DNA of 64,000 nt from contig CAWBOC010000006.1 of assembly GCA_963790305.1 (NCBI GenBank), forward strand, positions 128,001-192,000. The letters run 5' to 3'. The position numbers and the translations under genes are program-made. Origin of the DNA: an uncultured Gemmatimonadaceae bacterium. GTDB taxonomy: Bacteria; Gemmatimonadota; Gemmatimonadetes; Gemmatimonadales; Gemmatimonadaceae. Below the pieces are notes generated by a model that saw only the letters and a program-made list of their open reading frames with translations, searched no databases and had not been told where the DNA came from. This document shows, piece after piece, positions 49,813 through 59,351 of this stretch (position 1 is the first letter of the stretch; every line of letters begins with the position of its first letter).

Positions 49813-51116
49813 ACATCCCGGTCGTGGTTGTCGTCGGTCGGCCTAACGTCGGCAAGTCCGCTCTTTTCAACCGGCTGGTAGGCGAGAATACCGCCATCGT
49901 CAGCGACGAAGCGGGCACGACGCGCGACCGCCACTTTGGACGCGCGGAGTGGAACGGCCGGAGCTTCTGGCTCGTTGACACGGGCGGTCTCACCGATGAT
50001 CCGTCCGTCGCCATGGACGTGGAGATTCGCCGGCAGGTGCTGCAGGGCGTCGCGGAGGCCGACCTCGCGATGCTTGTCGTGGACGCCAAGACTGGGCTAC
50101 ACCCCCACGACGCGCGTGTGGTGGAAATCCTTCGTGATGCGCGAAAGCCCTGGATGCTCGTTGCCAACAAGGTCGATGATCCCAGATCAACCGACTTCTA
50201 CGAGTTCTATTCTCTCGGCGCGGGCGATCCAATCCCCGTATCCGCAGTGAATGGCAAGGGATCCGGCGACCTTCTCGACAGTCTCGTCGAGAAGTTTCCA
50301 CCAGCGATCGCCGAGGAGACGGACGCGCTCCGCATCGCGGTCATCGGACGGCCGAATGTCGGCAAGTCATCGTTCGTCAACCGGCTGCTCGGCGAGGAGC
50401 GCCTCGTTGTTTCCGAGATCGCCGGCACCACACGTGATGCGATTGACAGCCCGATGATGTATCATGGCCGCGAGCTCATTTTCATTGATACCGCGGGGTT
50501 GCGTCGTCAGGCAAAGATCGACGACGGAATCGAGTTCTATTCTTCGCTGCGGACGCGTCGGGCCATCGAGCGCGCGGACATCTGCGTCCTGCTGATCGAT
50601 GCTGTCGAAGGGCTGCACAACCAGGATCTCAAGATCGCGACGCTCGCCTGGGAGGCTGGGCGCGGCCTCGTGATCGTCGTCAACAAGTGGGATCTCAAGG
50701 AGAAGGAAGACAAGACGTCCGCGAAGTTCCAGAAGGACGCGGTGGAGAAGGCGCCGTATCTCCGTTTCGTGCCATTTCTCTTCACGTCGGCGAAGACGGG
50801 TCAACGCGTGCAGAAAGTGCTCGACCTCATCATGCAGGTCGAGCAGGAACGGAAGAAGCGCATCTCGACGTCCGAGGTGAACGAGCGGCTGGGGGAGTTG
50901 ATCGCGAGACGCCAGCCGCCTCAGGCCGCGGGCAGGGAGGTGAAGCTGCTGTATGCAACACAGGTCGAGGTGGGGCCGCCGACCTTCGCCGTGTTCGGGA
51001 ATCACCCCGAGCTCGTCGAAGAGCATTACGTGCGCTACCTGCATAACGGCTTCCGGGAGGCGTGGGGCTTTACCGGCACGCCGCTGCGCATTCTCCTCCG
51101 CAGAAAGGCGGCATGA
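49809..51116 (+). CDS. der: Ribosome biogenesis GTPase Der
   Basis: Two GRPNVGKS G-domains, DTGG/DTAG, C-terminal KH-like domain. Confidence 0.97.
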   Translation: MNIPVVVVVGRPNVGKSALFNRLVGENTAIVSDEAGTTRDRHFGRAEWNGRSFWLVDTGGLTDDPSVAMDVEIRRQVLQGVAEADLAMLVVDAKTGLHPHDARVVEILRDARKPWMLVANKVDDPRSTDFYEFYSLGAGDPIPVSAVNGKGSGDLLDSLVEKFPPAIAEETDALRIAVIGRPNVGKSSFVNRLLGEERLVVSEIAGTTRDAIDSPMMYHGRELIFIDTAGLRRQAKIDDGIEFYSSLRTRRAIERADICVLLIDAVEGLHNQDLKIATLAWEAGRGLVIVVNKWDLKEKEDKTSAKFQKDAVEKAPYLRFVPFLFTSAKTGQRVQKVLDLIMQVEQERKKRISTSEVNERLGELIARRQPPQAAGREVKLLYATQVEVGPPTFAVFGNHPELVEEHYVRYLHNGFREAWGFTGTPLRILLRRKAA

Positions 51117-51727
51117 TTCACCCCGCCATTCTTGTCGCGCTCTCCTACCTCATTGGGTCGATTCCCGCCGCGTACATCGCGGGGAAGCTCACGCGGGGAA
51201 TCGATCTTCGCGAACACGGCTCGGGCAACCTCGGCGCCACGAACGTGTATCGCGTCCTGGGCCCCAGGATCGCGCTGGTGGTGCTCCTTTTTGACGCGTT
51301 GAAGGGTGCCGTCCCCGTTCTGGTTTTCCCCGGAATGACGGACGCCGCGCGCCCTGACCTGTGGGCCATCGCGTACGCCCTTGCCGCGATCGCTGGACAC
51401 GTCCGATCCATTTTTCTCCTGCTGCGTGGAGGAGGGAAGGGGGTCGCGACCGCCGCCGGGGCATTCATGTCACTCGCGCCGCTGCCGTCGCTCATTGCGC
51501 TGGCAATGTTCGTGATTGTCCTGTTCGCGTGGGGTTACGTGTCACTCGGGTCGCTGACGGCGGCGGTGGTGCTGCCCATCATCATCGGGCTGCGCGAGGG
51601 AGTGCGATCGCCCCTATTCGCGGTGAGCGCGGTTGTCGCTGCGTTCGTGTTCTGGACGCACCGCGGAAACATCGCCCGCCTGCGTCGTGGTGAGGAGCCA
51701 CGATTCGGCAAGAAGAGTCCCGGGTGA
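51113..51727 (+). CDS. plsY: Glycerol-3-phosphate acyltransferase PlsY
   Basis: GSGNLGATN, GGKGVAT, HRGNI.RL..G.E. Confidence 0.96.
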   Translation: MIHPAILVALSYLIGSIPAAYIAGKLTRGIDLREHGSGNLGATNVYRVLGPRIALVVLLFDALKGAVPVLVFPGMTDAARPDLWAIAYALAAIAGHVRSIFLLLRGGGKGVATAAGAFMSLAPLPSLIALAMFVIVLFAWGYVSLGSLTAAVVLPIIIGLREGVRSPLFAVSAVVAAFVFWTHRGNIARLRRGEEPRFGKKSPG

Positions 51728-52719
51728 CACGGGCGGCGGTGGTCGGCGCCGGCGCATGGGGAACCGCGCTCGCGGATCTCCTGGCGAGGAACGGCGAGCA
51801 TGTCACGCTGTGGGCGTACGAGGCGGACGTCGTCGAGTCCATTAACGCTCGGCACGAGAATTCGCGATTCCTCGCCAAAGCGAAGCTGCATGAAACACTG
51901 CACGCCACGAGCGACCTCGACGATGCGATCGAAGGCGCGGCTCTGGTCTTGTTCGTGACCCCTTCGCACGTGCTGCGCGGCATTGCTCGCCGCGCCGCCG
52001 GGAATGCGGGTGAGCGCGCCACGCTCGTCGTGGCCAGCAAAGGCATCGAACGCGAGACCCTCGCCCTCATGACCGATGTCGTTTCGGAAGAAATGCCGGG
52101 TCATGACGTCGTGGGGCTGTCCGGGCCGAGCTTCGCCAGAGAAGTTGTGGAGCGCCAGCCGACCGCTGTCGTCGCCGCCTCGCGCGACGCCGACGCGTCC
52201 GGGCGCGTTCAACAAGCCCTGAGCTCGGATGCGTTTCGTGTCTACACGCATCACGACGTGGTCGGTGTGGAGCTCGGTGGATCGCTCAAGAACGTGATGG
52301 CGATCGCTACGGGGATGGCAGAGGGTCTCGGACTTGGCTACAATCCGCGAGCGGCGCTCATCACGCGTGGACTGGCCGAGATGACCCGGCTCGGCGTCGC
52401 GCTGGGGGCTGATCCGTCGACGTTCGCTGGTCTCGCGGGCATGGGCGATCTCGTGCTCACGTGCACCGGCGCGTTGAGCCGCAACCGGCAGCTCGGCTTG
52501 GACATTGGTCAAGGCAAACGCCTCGACGAATCCCTCGCGGCGCGCGAGACGGTCGCCGAGGGCGTGTACACCACTCAGAGCGCGCATGCGCTCGCGTCGC
52601 GGGAGAAGATCGAAATGCCCATTGTCGCCGCGGTGTATCGCATCCTCTTCGAAGGCACCGATCCTCGCCGAGCGATCGGAGAGCTGATGACGCGCGAGCT
52701 GCGCGCGGAGCCGGACTGA
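51724..52719 (+). CDS. gpsA: NAD(P)H-dependent glycerol-3-phosphate dehydrogenase
   Basis: GAGAWGTALA, SKGIE, SGPSFA, LKNV.AIA, GDL.LTC...SRN. Confidence 0.96.
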   Translation: MTRAAVVGAGAWGTALADLLARNGEHVTLWAYEADVVESINARHENSRFLAKAKLHETLHATSDLDDAIEGAALVLFVTPSHVLRGIARRAAGNAGERATLVVASKGIERETLALMTDVVSEEMPGHDVVGLSGPSFAREVVERQPTAVVAASRDADASGRVQQALSSDAFRVYTHHDVVGVELGGSLKNVMAIATGMAEGLGLGYNPRAALITRGLAEMTRLGVALGADPSTFAGLAGMGDLVLTCTGALSRNRQLGLDIGQGKRLDESLAARETVAEGVYTTQSAHALASREKIEMPIVAAVYRILFEGTDPRRAIGELMTRELRAEPD

Positions 52720-53096
52720 TGGCGCCGCGAGTCACCGCGCCCGAGCCCGTGCAGGAGTTCTATTCGATCGGAGAAGTGTGCGAGCTCACCGATCTGAAGC
52801 CGCACGTCCTGCGCTATTGGGAAAGCCAGTTCAAGTTTCTGAGTCCGGCGAAAAACCGTTCCGGAAATCGTGTCTACCAGCGTCGAGAAGTGGAGCTCAT
52901 TCAGCTGGTGAAGCACCTGCTCTACACCGAGAAGTACACGATCGAGGGCGCGCGGCAGAAGGTCGATGAGCACCGTCGCAAAGGGGAGATTCGCGGCGTC
53001 GCCCGCGCCGCCCTCGAGCTGCAAACGATCGCGGCCGTCGAGCGCGAGCTGCGCGAGATCCTCGACGTTCTCGAAGGCGGCGAGCGCGGCACGTGA
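52719..53096 (+). CDS. MerR-family HTH regulator
   Basis: YSIGEV...HVLRYWE.QF..L.P.K..SG.R.Y...YTIEGA. Confidence 0.9.
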   Translation: MAPRVTAPEPVQEFYSIGEVCELTDLKPHVLRYWESQFKFLSPAKNRSGNRVYQRREVELIQLVKHLLYTEKYTIEGARQKVDEHRRKGEIRGVARAALELQTIAAVERELREILDVLEGGERGT

Positions 53097-53779
53097 CTGA
53101 GCGGGTCGCCTGCGTCATCCCCGCCTATCGAGCTGAACGCACCTTGCCAGCGGTGCTCGAGCAGATCCGCGGTGCTCTCCCGGCTGCCCGCATCGTTGTC
53201 GTCGATGACGGATCGTCCGACGCCACGGCTTCCGTCGCGACGCATCTCGCCGATTGGACCATTCGTCTGCCGGGCAATCGCGGAAAGGGCGCCGCGTTGC
53301 GAGCGGGGTTCGAGGAAGCGTTGCGCGCTGGCGATGATGTCGTCGTGACACTCGACGCCGACGGCCAACACGATGCTGCGTACGCACCGGCGCTCATCAC
53401 GGCGCTCAGCGGATTCGATGTCGTGATCGGCGAGCGCGTACGACCCGGATCCTCCATGCCGCTCCGGCGTCGGATGACCAACGCCATGGCGAGTGCCGCA
53501 ATCGCGCGCGTCGCCGGGGTTCGGTTGCGCGACACCCAGTCGGGATTCCGCGCCATCCGTCGCGCGGTGCTCGAGCGGATTCATGCGCACGGCGACCGCT
53601 ACGAGTTCGAGACGGACTTTCTCATCCGCGCCGCCCAGGCCGGGTTTCGTGTACGCAATGCAACGGTGCCCACGGTCTACGGAGCGGTCAGCCACTTTCG
53701 GGGGATGAGCGACTCCGCGCGCATCGTCAGAACGATCTGGTCGCATCGGCACGCGAACACGCGCGCGAGGGCGAGCTGA
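53093..53779 (+). CDS. Glycosyltransferase family 2
   Basis: IPAY, VDDGSSD, NRGKG, DADGQH, DTQSGFR. Confidence 0.92.
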   Translation: MTERVACVIPAYRAERTLPAVLEQIRGALPAARIVVVDDGSSDATASVATHLADWTIRLPGNRGKGAALRAGFEEALRAGDDVVVTLDADGQHDAAYAPALITALSGFDVVIGERVRPGSSMPLRRRMTNAMASAAIARVAGVRLRDTQSGFRAIRRAVLERIHAHGDRYEFETDFLIRAAQAGFRVRNATVPTVYGAVSHFRGMSDSARIVRTIWSHRHANTRARAS

Positions 53780-54542
53780 TGCGGCTGCTGTGCACGAACG
53801 ATGACGGGATTCTCGCGCATGGCCTCGACTGTCTGGTCCGCGCCGCCGAGCCACTTGGCGAGGTCACGGTCGTCGCACCGGATCGTGAGCAGAGCGCGAC
53901 GAGCCATTCTCTGACGTTGCACCATCCGGTGCGTCCGATCCTTCGGGGCGACCGGCGGTGGCAGGTGGACGGCACCCCAACGGATTGCGTGATGCTCGCC
54001 GTCGAAGCGCTCATGGAAGGTCGTCCGGACTTCGTGCTCAGCGGTGTGAACCACGGGCAGAACATGGGTGAGGACGTGCTCTACTCGGGGACGGTGGCGG
54101 CCGCAATGGAAGGATTGTCGCTCGGCATTCCATCGATCGCGATTTCGTTTGCCGGGGGGGACCTTCGCGCGGATCCCCAACTACTGTCTGCACAGGTGAG
54201 TGTGTTGTCACGCCTGCTCGCGCACGTCGTGGCACTCCCGAACTTTCCGCGCGACACGTTGCTGAATATCAACCTGCCGCCGCTCGGCGGCGCCGAGATT
54301 CGCGGGGTGCGCGTGACCGCGCTGGGGCGGCGGGTGTACTCCGATTCCCTCATGCGCATGAAGGACCCGTGGGGGCGAGAGATCTACTGGATAGGCGGCG
54401 GCTCCGCCGCGTGGTCAGGGCCGCGAGGACTCTGACTTTCGCGCCATTCAGGAGGGCTTCATCTCCGGTCACTCCGCTGCACCTCGACCTCACCAACTAT
54501 CAGCTGCTGGATGCGCAGCACGATTGGTGGCGGGACCTGTAG
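53779..54542 (+). CDS. surE: 5'/3'-nucleotidase SurE (apparent frameshifts near the 3' end)
   Basis: TNDDG, GTPTDCV, SGVNHG.N, YSGTVAAA.EG; TPLHLDLT in a shifted frame. Confidence 0.93.
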
Positions 54543-55189
54543 CCCCGGAGTACCGCGGTCCGCGGCGACGGCTCGTCGAGCTGTTGCGAGAGCAGGGAAT
54601 CGCCGACCTCGCGGTGCTTCGCGCGTTCGACCTTACGCCACGTCACCTCTTCGTCCCGACCGGGATCAGACACCGCGCGTACGAGGATAGCGCGCTGCCC
54701 ATCGGCAACGGCCAAACCATCTCGCAGCCCAGCATGCACGCGCGCTATCTCGAGATCCTCAAGCTCACCGGGAAGGAGCGCGTGCTCGAGATCGGCACCG
54801 GGTCGGGCTATCAAACGGTCCTGCTGTCGCATCTCGCCGCGCAGGTGTTCTCGATCGAGCGCGTCGCGCCACTGCTCGAGTCGGCTCGCGTGGCGATTCG
54901 CGCTGCCGAAGCGAGGAACGTGTCGCTGCTTGCCGGTGACGGAACACTGGGATGGCGCGAGTACGCCCCATACGATGCCATCCTGGTCACTGCTGGCGCG
55001 CCCGACGTCCCGGAGCCACTCCTTCGGCAGCTAGCCGAAGGGGGCCGGCTGCTCGCCCCGCTTGGTGAGCGAGACGCGCAGGTGCTCACGCTCGTCATCC
55101 GACGAGGCGAGGCGCTCGAGCGTCGAGCCATTGGGCCCGCGAGGTTCGTCCCGCTCATTGGGCGGCATGGCTGGTCATCCGACGGGTAG
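54524..55189 (+). CDS. pcm: Protein-L-isoaspartate O-methyltransferase
   Basis: GQTISQP, VLEIGTGSGYQ, APYDAILVTA, RFVPLIG. Confidence 0.96.
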   Translation: MVAGPVAPEYRGPRRRLVELLREQGIADLAVLRAFDLTPRHLFVPTGIRHRAYEDSALPIGNGQTISQPSMHARYLEILKLTGKERVLEIGTGSGYQTVLLSHLAAQVFSIERVAPLLESARVAIRAAEARNVSLLAGDGTLGWREYAPYDAILVTAGAPDVPEPLLRQLAEGGRLLAPLGERDAQVLTLVIRRGEALERRAIGPARFVPLIGRHGWSSDG

Positions 55190-55227
55190 GACGCTGGCCG
55201 CCTGTCGTGCCCCCCGTATATTCGCAC

Positions 55228-55942
55228 GTGAGAATGCTCATGGCCGACCAACACGACCACTCGCCGAAGCCGACACGCGCCGCGCCACCGCCGTTCGTGG
55301 GGCCTCCGCGCGCAGGCGCCTTGGCTCCCAAGTCGCGCGTCGATCGTCCCACGCTGCCACCGTTCTCTCCGCCATTCGTCAAGCGCCCTACGCCCGTCGT
55401 TCGCGAAGTGTCGGAGGAGCGCCGCAGCGAGCAGTGCCGCGCCGCCAGCACCCGCACCCCCGAGCGCGCCCGCCTGGCTCGATGTGGTACCTAACGAGCC
55501 GCCCGCGCCCGCACCGGGCACGGATGTTGGCATCGCCTGGGTGAACCCCGATGAGCCTGCGGTGGTCGCGCCACCTCAGGCGGCTACAGGAATCGAGTGG
55601 CTCGATTCGCCAGCTCCAGACTCCGCCGGCGCTGCCGCAACTGCGCCCGGTGAAGACGATGACGACCCGTTCGGGTGGGATCCCGCCGAAGAAAGAAGCG
55701 GCGCGCTCGATAGGGCGCCGACCTCGGGAAGCCTCGAGGCCCTCAAGGAGCTCGAGCCATGGGCCCTACCTGGTGCCGAGCCCTCGGCGTCGAGCCCGGA
55801 CGACGTTGCGAGCGCGCTCGAGCGTATCGCGGCGCGCGTTCGCTCGGGCGATTTGTTCGTGCCGAGCGCCTTGACCGCGGCCTCGGAGGAGGCGGTGCTT
55901 GCGGCCGTTCTCGCCGCACTTCTTCAGCGCGCGCGCGGATAA
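55228..55942 (+). CDS. Hypothetical Pro/acidic-rich disordered protein (apparent frameshift near 55430)
   Basis: Two consecutive low-complexity ORFs fill the pcm-acyP gap; C-terminal amphipathic helices. Confidence 0.55.
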
Positions 55943-55946
55943 CAGG

Positions 55947-56219
55947 GTGCGCGGGCGCCTCGTGGTGAGTGGGCGCGTGCAAGGAGTCGGCTTTCGGTGG
56001 TTCGTCCGGGAAGCTGCCCGTCGGCATCGTCTCGCCGGCTGGGTGCGGAATCGCTCCGACGGCAATGTGGAGCTCGAGGTGTCCGGCGATGAGAGTGCCT
56101 ACCGCGAGTTCCTAGATACGCTCCGCGAGGGGCCGCCAGGCGCTCGCGTTGACGACGTTCGGGAGATAACGTCGAACCACGCCGAGTCGCTGCCTCAGCC
56201 TTTCACGATCATTCGATGA
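55947..56219 (+). CDS. acyP: Acylphosphatase
   Basis: [27 protein letters not shown]. Confidence 0.93.
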   Translation: MRGRLVVSGRVQGVGFRWFVREAARRHRLAGWVRNRSDGNVELEVSGDESAYREFLDTLREGPPGARVDDVREITSNHAESLPQPFTIIR

Positions 56220-56755
56220 CCGTCGTGCTCGATGTCGCATCGCGGGTCGCGGCCGCGATTCGCGACGTGCCCGATTTTCCAAAGCCGGGCATCATGTTCA
56301 AGGACATCACGCCCGTCCTCCTCGATAGCGCGCTGTTTCGGGATGCGACGGAGGCCATGGCGGCGCCTTTCGCCGGCGAGGGGCATCTCCCACGTCGTCG
56401 CGATCGAGAGCCGCGGCTTCATCCTCGGCGCCCCCGTCGCCCAAGCGCTCGGCGCGGCCTTCGTTCCCTTTCGAAAGCCAGGGAAGCTTCCGCACATCGT
56501 CGAGCGTGTAGAGTACGCGCTCGAGTACGGTGTCGACGCGCTCGAGTGCCATCGCGATGCGCTGCGTGGTGGGCAGCGAGTGCTGGTGCTGGATGATCGT
56601 GCTCGCGACAGGCGGAACCGCCGCGGCGGCGTGCGCGCTCGTGGAGTCTCTCGGCGCGACGGTGCAGGGGTGCTCGTTCCTGGTCGAGCTGGGGTTTCTG
56701 AGAGGGAGAGAGAAGCTCCGCGGCCGTCGCGATCGAGCGCGTCGTCGGGTACTAA
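56216..56755 (+). CDS. apt: Adenine phosphoribosyltransferase (apparent frameshifts)
   Basis: [41 protein letters not shown]. Confidence 0.93.
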
Positions 56756-56774
56756 GGCGCCGCGGGATCTGGCC

Positions 56775-56830
56775 AGTTATGTCAAATGTGTCGTTGCCGA
56801 GCACTCCTCGGGTGTGCGCAAGTTATGTCA
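56775..56830 (+). repeat. Direct repeat AGTTATGTCA x2 (XerD-arm-like)
   Basis: Identical 10-mers at 56775-56784 and 56821-56830 in an AT-richer intergenic gap. Confidence 0.6.
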
Positions 56831-56928
56831 TACTTGTCATCCTCCTAGGAACACCAGCCCCTCACACACGCCCTTGGGCTGTCACGGACCAATCGGGGCG
56901 TGTATGTTTGTGAGGCTCAACACTATTC

Positions 56929-57002
56929 GCCCCTGTAGCTCAGGTGGATAGAGCAGCGGTTTCCTAAACCGTTGGCCGGGTGTTCGAGTCACCCCAGGGG
57001 CA
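56929..57002 (+). tRNA. tRNA-Arg(CCT)
   Basis: Acceptor GCCCCTG/CAGGGGC; anticodon arm GCGGT-TTCCTAA-ACCGT; T-loop GTTCGAGTC. Confidence 0.95.
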
Positions 57003-57040
57003 CTCAACCTCAAGACGTCCGGCACACCAGCACACCACTC

Positions 57041-57709
57041 ATGACGAAGACTGCCAACCCTCCCACGCGGCCGCAGATCGACGATCGCGCCGATACGTTC
57101 TTCCTCTGGATCCAGAGCCACATGCGGCAGGTCGCCATCGCCGGGGTAGTTCTCGTCGCGCTGGGGCTTGGCGTATGGCTATGGCGGCAGTCGCGCCTGG
57201 CGCGGGAGCGCAACGCGTCGATCGACCTTCTGAACGCCGCGCAGACGATCCAGTCGGGGAACCTGGCGCTGGCCCAATCCGACCTCGAGAAGCTCGTTTC
57301 CAGATACGAAGGCACGAACGCCGCGGCCCAGGCAGCCTTCGAGCTGGCCAGCATCTACTACGGGCAGGGTCAGTACGATCGAGGAATCGCGCTCCTGCAG
57401 CAGCTGGCCGCATCATCGAATGACCCCTTGGTGAAGGCCATGGCCGAGAACGGCGTGGCGGCGGGATACGAGGGGGGAGGCAAGTTCGCTGACGCGGCAG
57501 GGCACTATCGTCGCGCCGCCGAGCTAACGCGCCTCGAGGATGAGCGCGACATATACCTGGCGAGCGCCGCGCGCGCGTACCAGGCGGCCGGCAACAAGAC
57601 CGAGGCGGTTGCGATCTGGCGCCAGCTGATCGACTCGGAAGGACCGCAGGCAGCCGAGGCGCGCGTCCGACTCGGGGAGCTCACCGCCGAGCCCGCGAAG
57701 CAGGGCTAG
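57041..57709 (+). CDS. Membrane-anchored TPR protein (YfgM-like)
   Basis: N-terminal TM helix followed by TPR-like helices; typical YfgM/TPR_21 layout. Confidence 0.8.
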   Translation: MTKTANPPTRPQIDDRADTFFLWIQSHMRQVAIAGVVLVALGLGVWLWRQSRLARERNASIDLLNAAQTIQSGNLALAQSDLEKLVSRYEGTNAAAQAAFELASIYYGQGQYDRGIALLQQLAASSNDPLVKAMAENGVAAGYEGGGKFADAAGHYRRAAELTRLEDERDIYLASAARAYQAAGNKTEAVAIWRQLIDSEGPQAAEARVRLGELTAEPAKQG

Positions 57710-57757
57710 CAGCCGTCGTTGTGTTGCACGAAGTGGGTTGAACTACGCCCGACGAGA

Positions 57758-57785
57758 ACTGCGTATAAGATATGTTATGTAAACT
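57758..57785 (+). other. dif: dif site (XerC/XerD chromosome dimer resolution)
   Basis: ACTGCGTATAA-GATATG-TTATGTAAACT: 11-6-11 layout with inner ATAA/TTAT, close to E. coli GGTGCGCATAA-TGTATA-TTATGTTAAAT; lies between convergent genes. Confidence 0.88.
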
Positions 57786-57816
57786 AGCACACGTGGGAAA
57801 ATGTGCAGAACTCCTG

Positions 57817-58632
57817 CTAGAGCTCGCCCAGCAACCCCTCGAATACCAATCGGCCCTCTCCCCTAAGTCTCGGTAGCACCCTGCCTTCCGACTCGCTGAG
57901 CCCAACATCGAGGGTGCAGCCTGACCGCGTGCGGAGCACCGTCTGAGCACCCGCGAGAGCCCAAGCCCTGAGCAAGGTTGCGGTGGCAACCGCTCCGGTT
58001 CCGCACGCCAGGGTTTCCGCCTCCACGCCTCGCTCGAAGGTTCGCATTGCCCACTGGGAGCCTTCCGGGGACACGAAGTTCACGTTGGCGCCGCCCGGTC
58101 CGGTCCAGGCAGCCCTTCGCAGCGCCGAGCCTCGTGCCGCCACGTCCACGCGGGCTACGTCCTCACATAGGACCACCACGTGCGGCACACCGGCGACGGC
58201 GTAACCCAGGCGCTGTTCCCCGGGCTCTGGACGCCCCTCAGCCGTCTCGCGAACCTCTCGGACGGGCGCGAGATCGATCTCAGGGCGATCGGCCACCACG
58301 CGGGATTGGAGGACTCCATCGTCAGTCTCCAGTGTCATCCCTGTCGGGTTCGCGAGGCCGAGGTCGGCGGCGAGGCGCGTGACGCACAGAGCCGCGTTGC
58401 CGCACATCGCGCCCACCGATCCGTCGCTGTTGAAGTACTTCATGAGGACGTCGGCCCTCGTGGACGGCTGCATGATCACGACACCGTCGGCGCCAATCCC
58501 CTGCCGGCGGTCGCACAGCCGCCGAACAAGCGCTGGCTCGGCCAACGCGCGGACGTCGCCGTCACGAGCGTCGAACACGACGAAGTCGTTTCCCGACCCG
58601 CTCATCTTGTAGAACCGTCGTCCGCGCGTCAC
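57817..58632 (-). CDS. dapF: Diaminopimelate epimerase
   Basis: KMSGSGNDF, GIGADG, NSDGS..MCGN, PH.V, NVNF, ERGVEAETLACGTG. Confidence 0.95.
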   Translation of the reverse strand: MTRGRRFYKMSGSGNDFVVFDARDGDVRALAEPALVRRLCDRRQGIGADGVVIMQPSTRADVLMKYFNSDGSVGAMCGNAALCVTRLAADLGLANPTGMTLETDDGVLQSRVVADRPEIDLAPVREVRETAEGRPEPGEQRLGYAVAGVPHVVVLCEDVARVDVAARGSALRRAAWTGPGGANVNFVSPEGSQWAMRTFERGVEAETLACGTGAVATATLLRAWALAGAQTVLRTRSGCTLDVGLSESEGRVLPRLRGEGRLVFEGLLGEL

Positions 58633-59351
58633 ACCTTGCCTCGAATCGACCACCACCGAAGGCGCCACACCATCCACACCGCCTCGCGGACGATCTTCTT
58701 GGACATCTTGCTCTCGCCCTCTGTGCGGTCCACGAAGACGATTGGGATCTCGACGATCCGAAACCCCTTTTTCCAGGCGCGGAAGTTCATCTCGATCTGG
58801 AACGCGTAGCCGCTCGACTTGACGGCGTCGAGCGGAATGGCCTCGAGCACTTGGCGGCGAAAGCACTTGAACCCCGCCGTCGAATCGAACAGTTGGAGCC
58901 CGGTAATGACGCGGGCATAGACGTTTGCCGCGAAGCTGAGCAGCAAGCGACCGACGGGCCAGTTGACCACGGTGACGCGTCCGTTGCGATAGCGCGAGCC
59001 AATGACGACATCTGCGCCCTCGACGGCCTCCAGGAACTGCGGAAGATGCGCGGGATCGTGCGAGAAGTCGGCGTCCATCTCGAAGACGAAGGCGTACTCC
59101 CGAGCGAGAGCCCACTTGAAACCAGCAATGTAAGCTGTTCCCAGGCCTTGCTTTCCGGCACGGTGAATGACGTCGACTCGCGGGTTTCGCGCTTTGACGC
59201 CATCGACGATCGCCCCCGTGCCGTCAGGAGACCCATCATCGACCACCAGGACGTCGAGACGATCGTCGCGTGCAAGCACTTGTTCGATGATGCGCGCAAT
59301 GTTGTCCCGCTCGTTATAGGTCGGGATGATGACGAGGCCCCGCTCAGGCAC
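58629..59351 (-). CDS. Polyprenol monophosphomannose synthase-like GT2 (DPM1/Ppm1)
   Basis: IPTYNE, DDGSPDGT, GLGTAY, MDADFSH, GYAFQIE, FVDR..GESKM. Confidence 0.92.
   Translation of the reverse strand: MPERGLVIIPTYNERDNIARIIEQVLARDDRLDVLVVDDGSPDGTGAIVDGVKARNPRVDVIHRAGKQGLGTAYIAGFKWALAREYAFVFEMDADFSHDPAHLPQFLEAVEGADVVIGSRYRNGRVTVVNWPVGRLLLSFAANVYARVITGLQLFDSTAGFKCFRRQVLEAIPLDAVKSSGYAFQIEMNFRAWKKGFRIVEIPIVFVDRTEGESKMSKKIVREAVWMVWRLRWWSIRGKV

Noticed and set aside
56929..57816. Genomic island or prophage integrated at tRNA-Arg(CCT) or at dif
   Set aside because: No integrase, no duplicated tRNA 3' end and no phage genes; flanks are housekeeping genes. The upstream XerD-like arms lack XerC arms, so they do not look like attL/attR.
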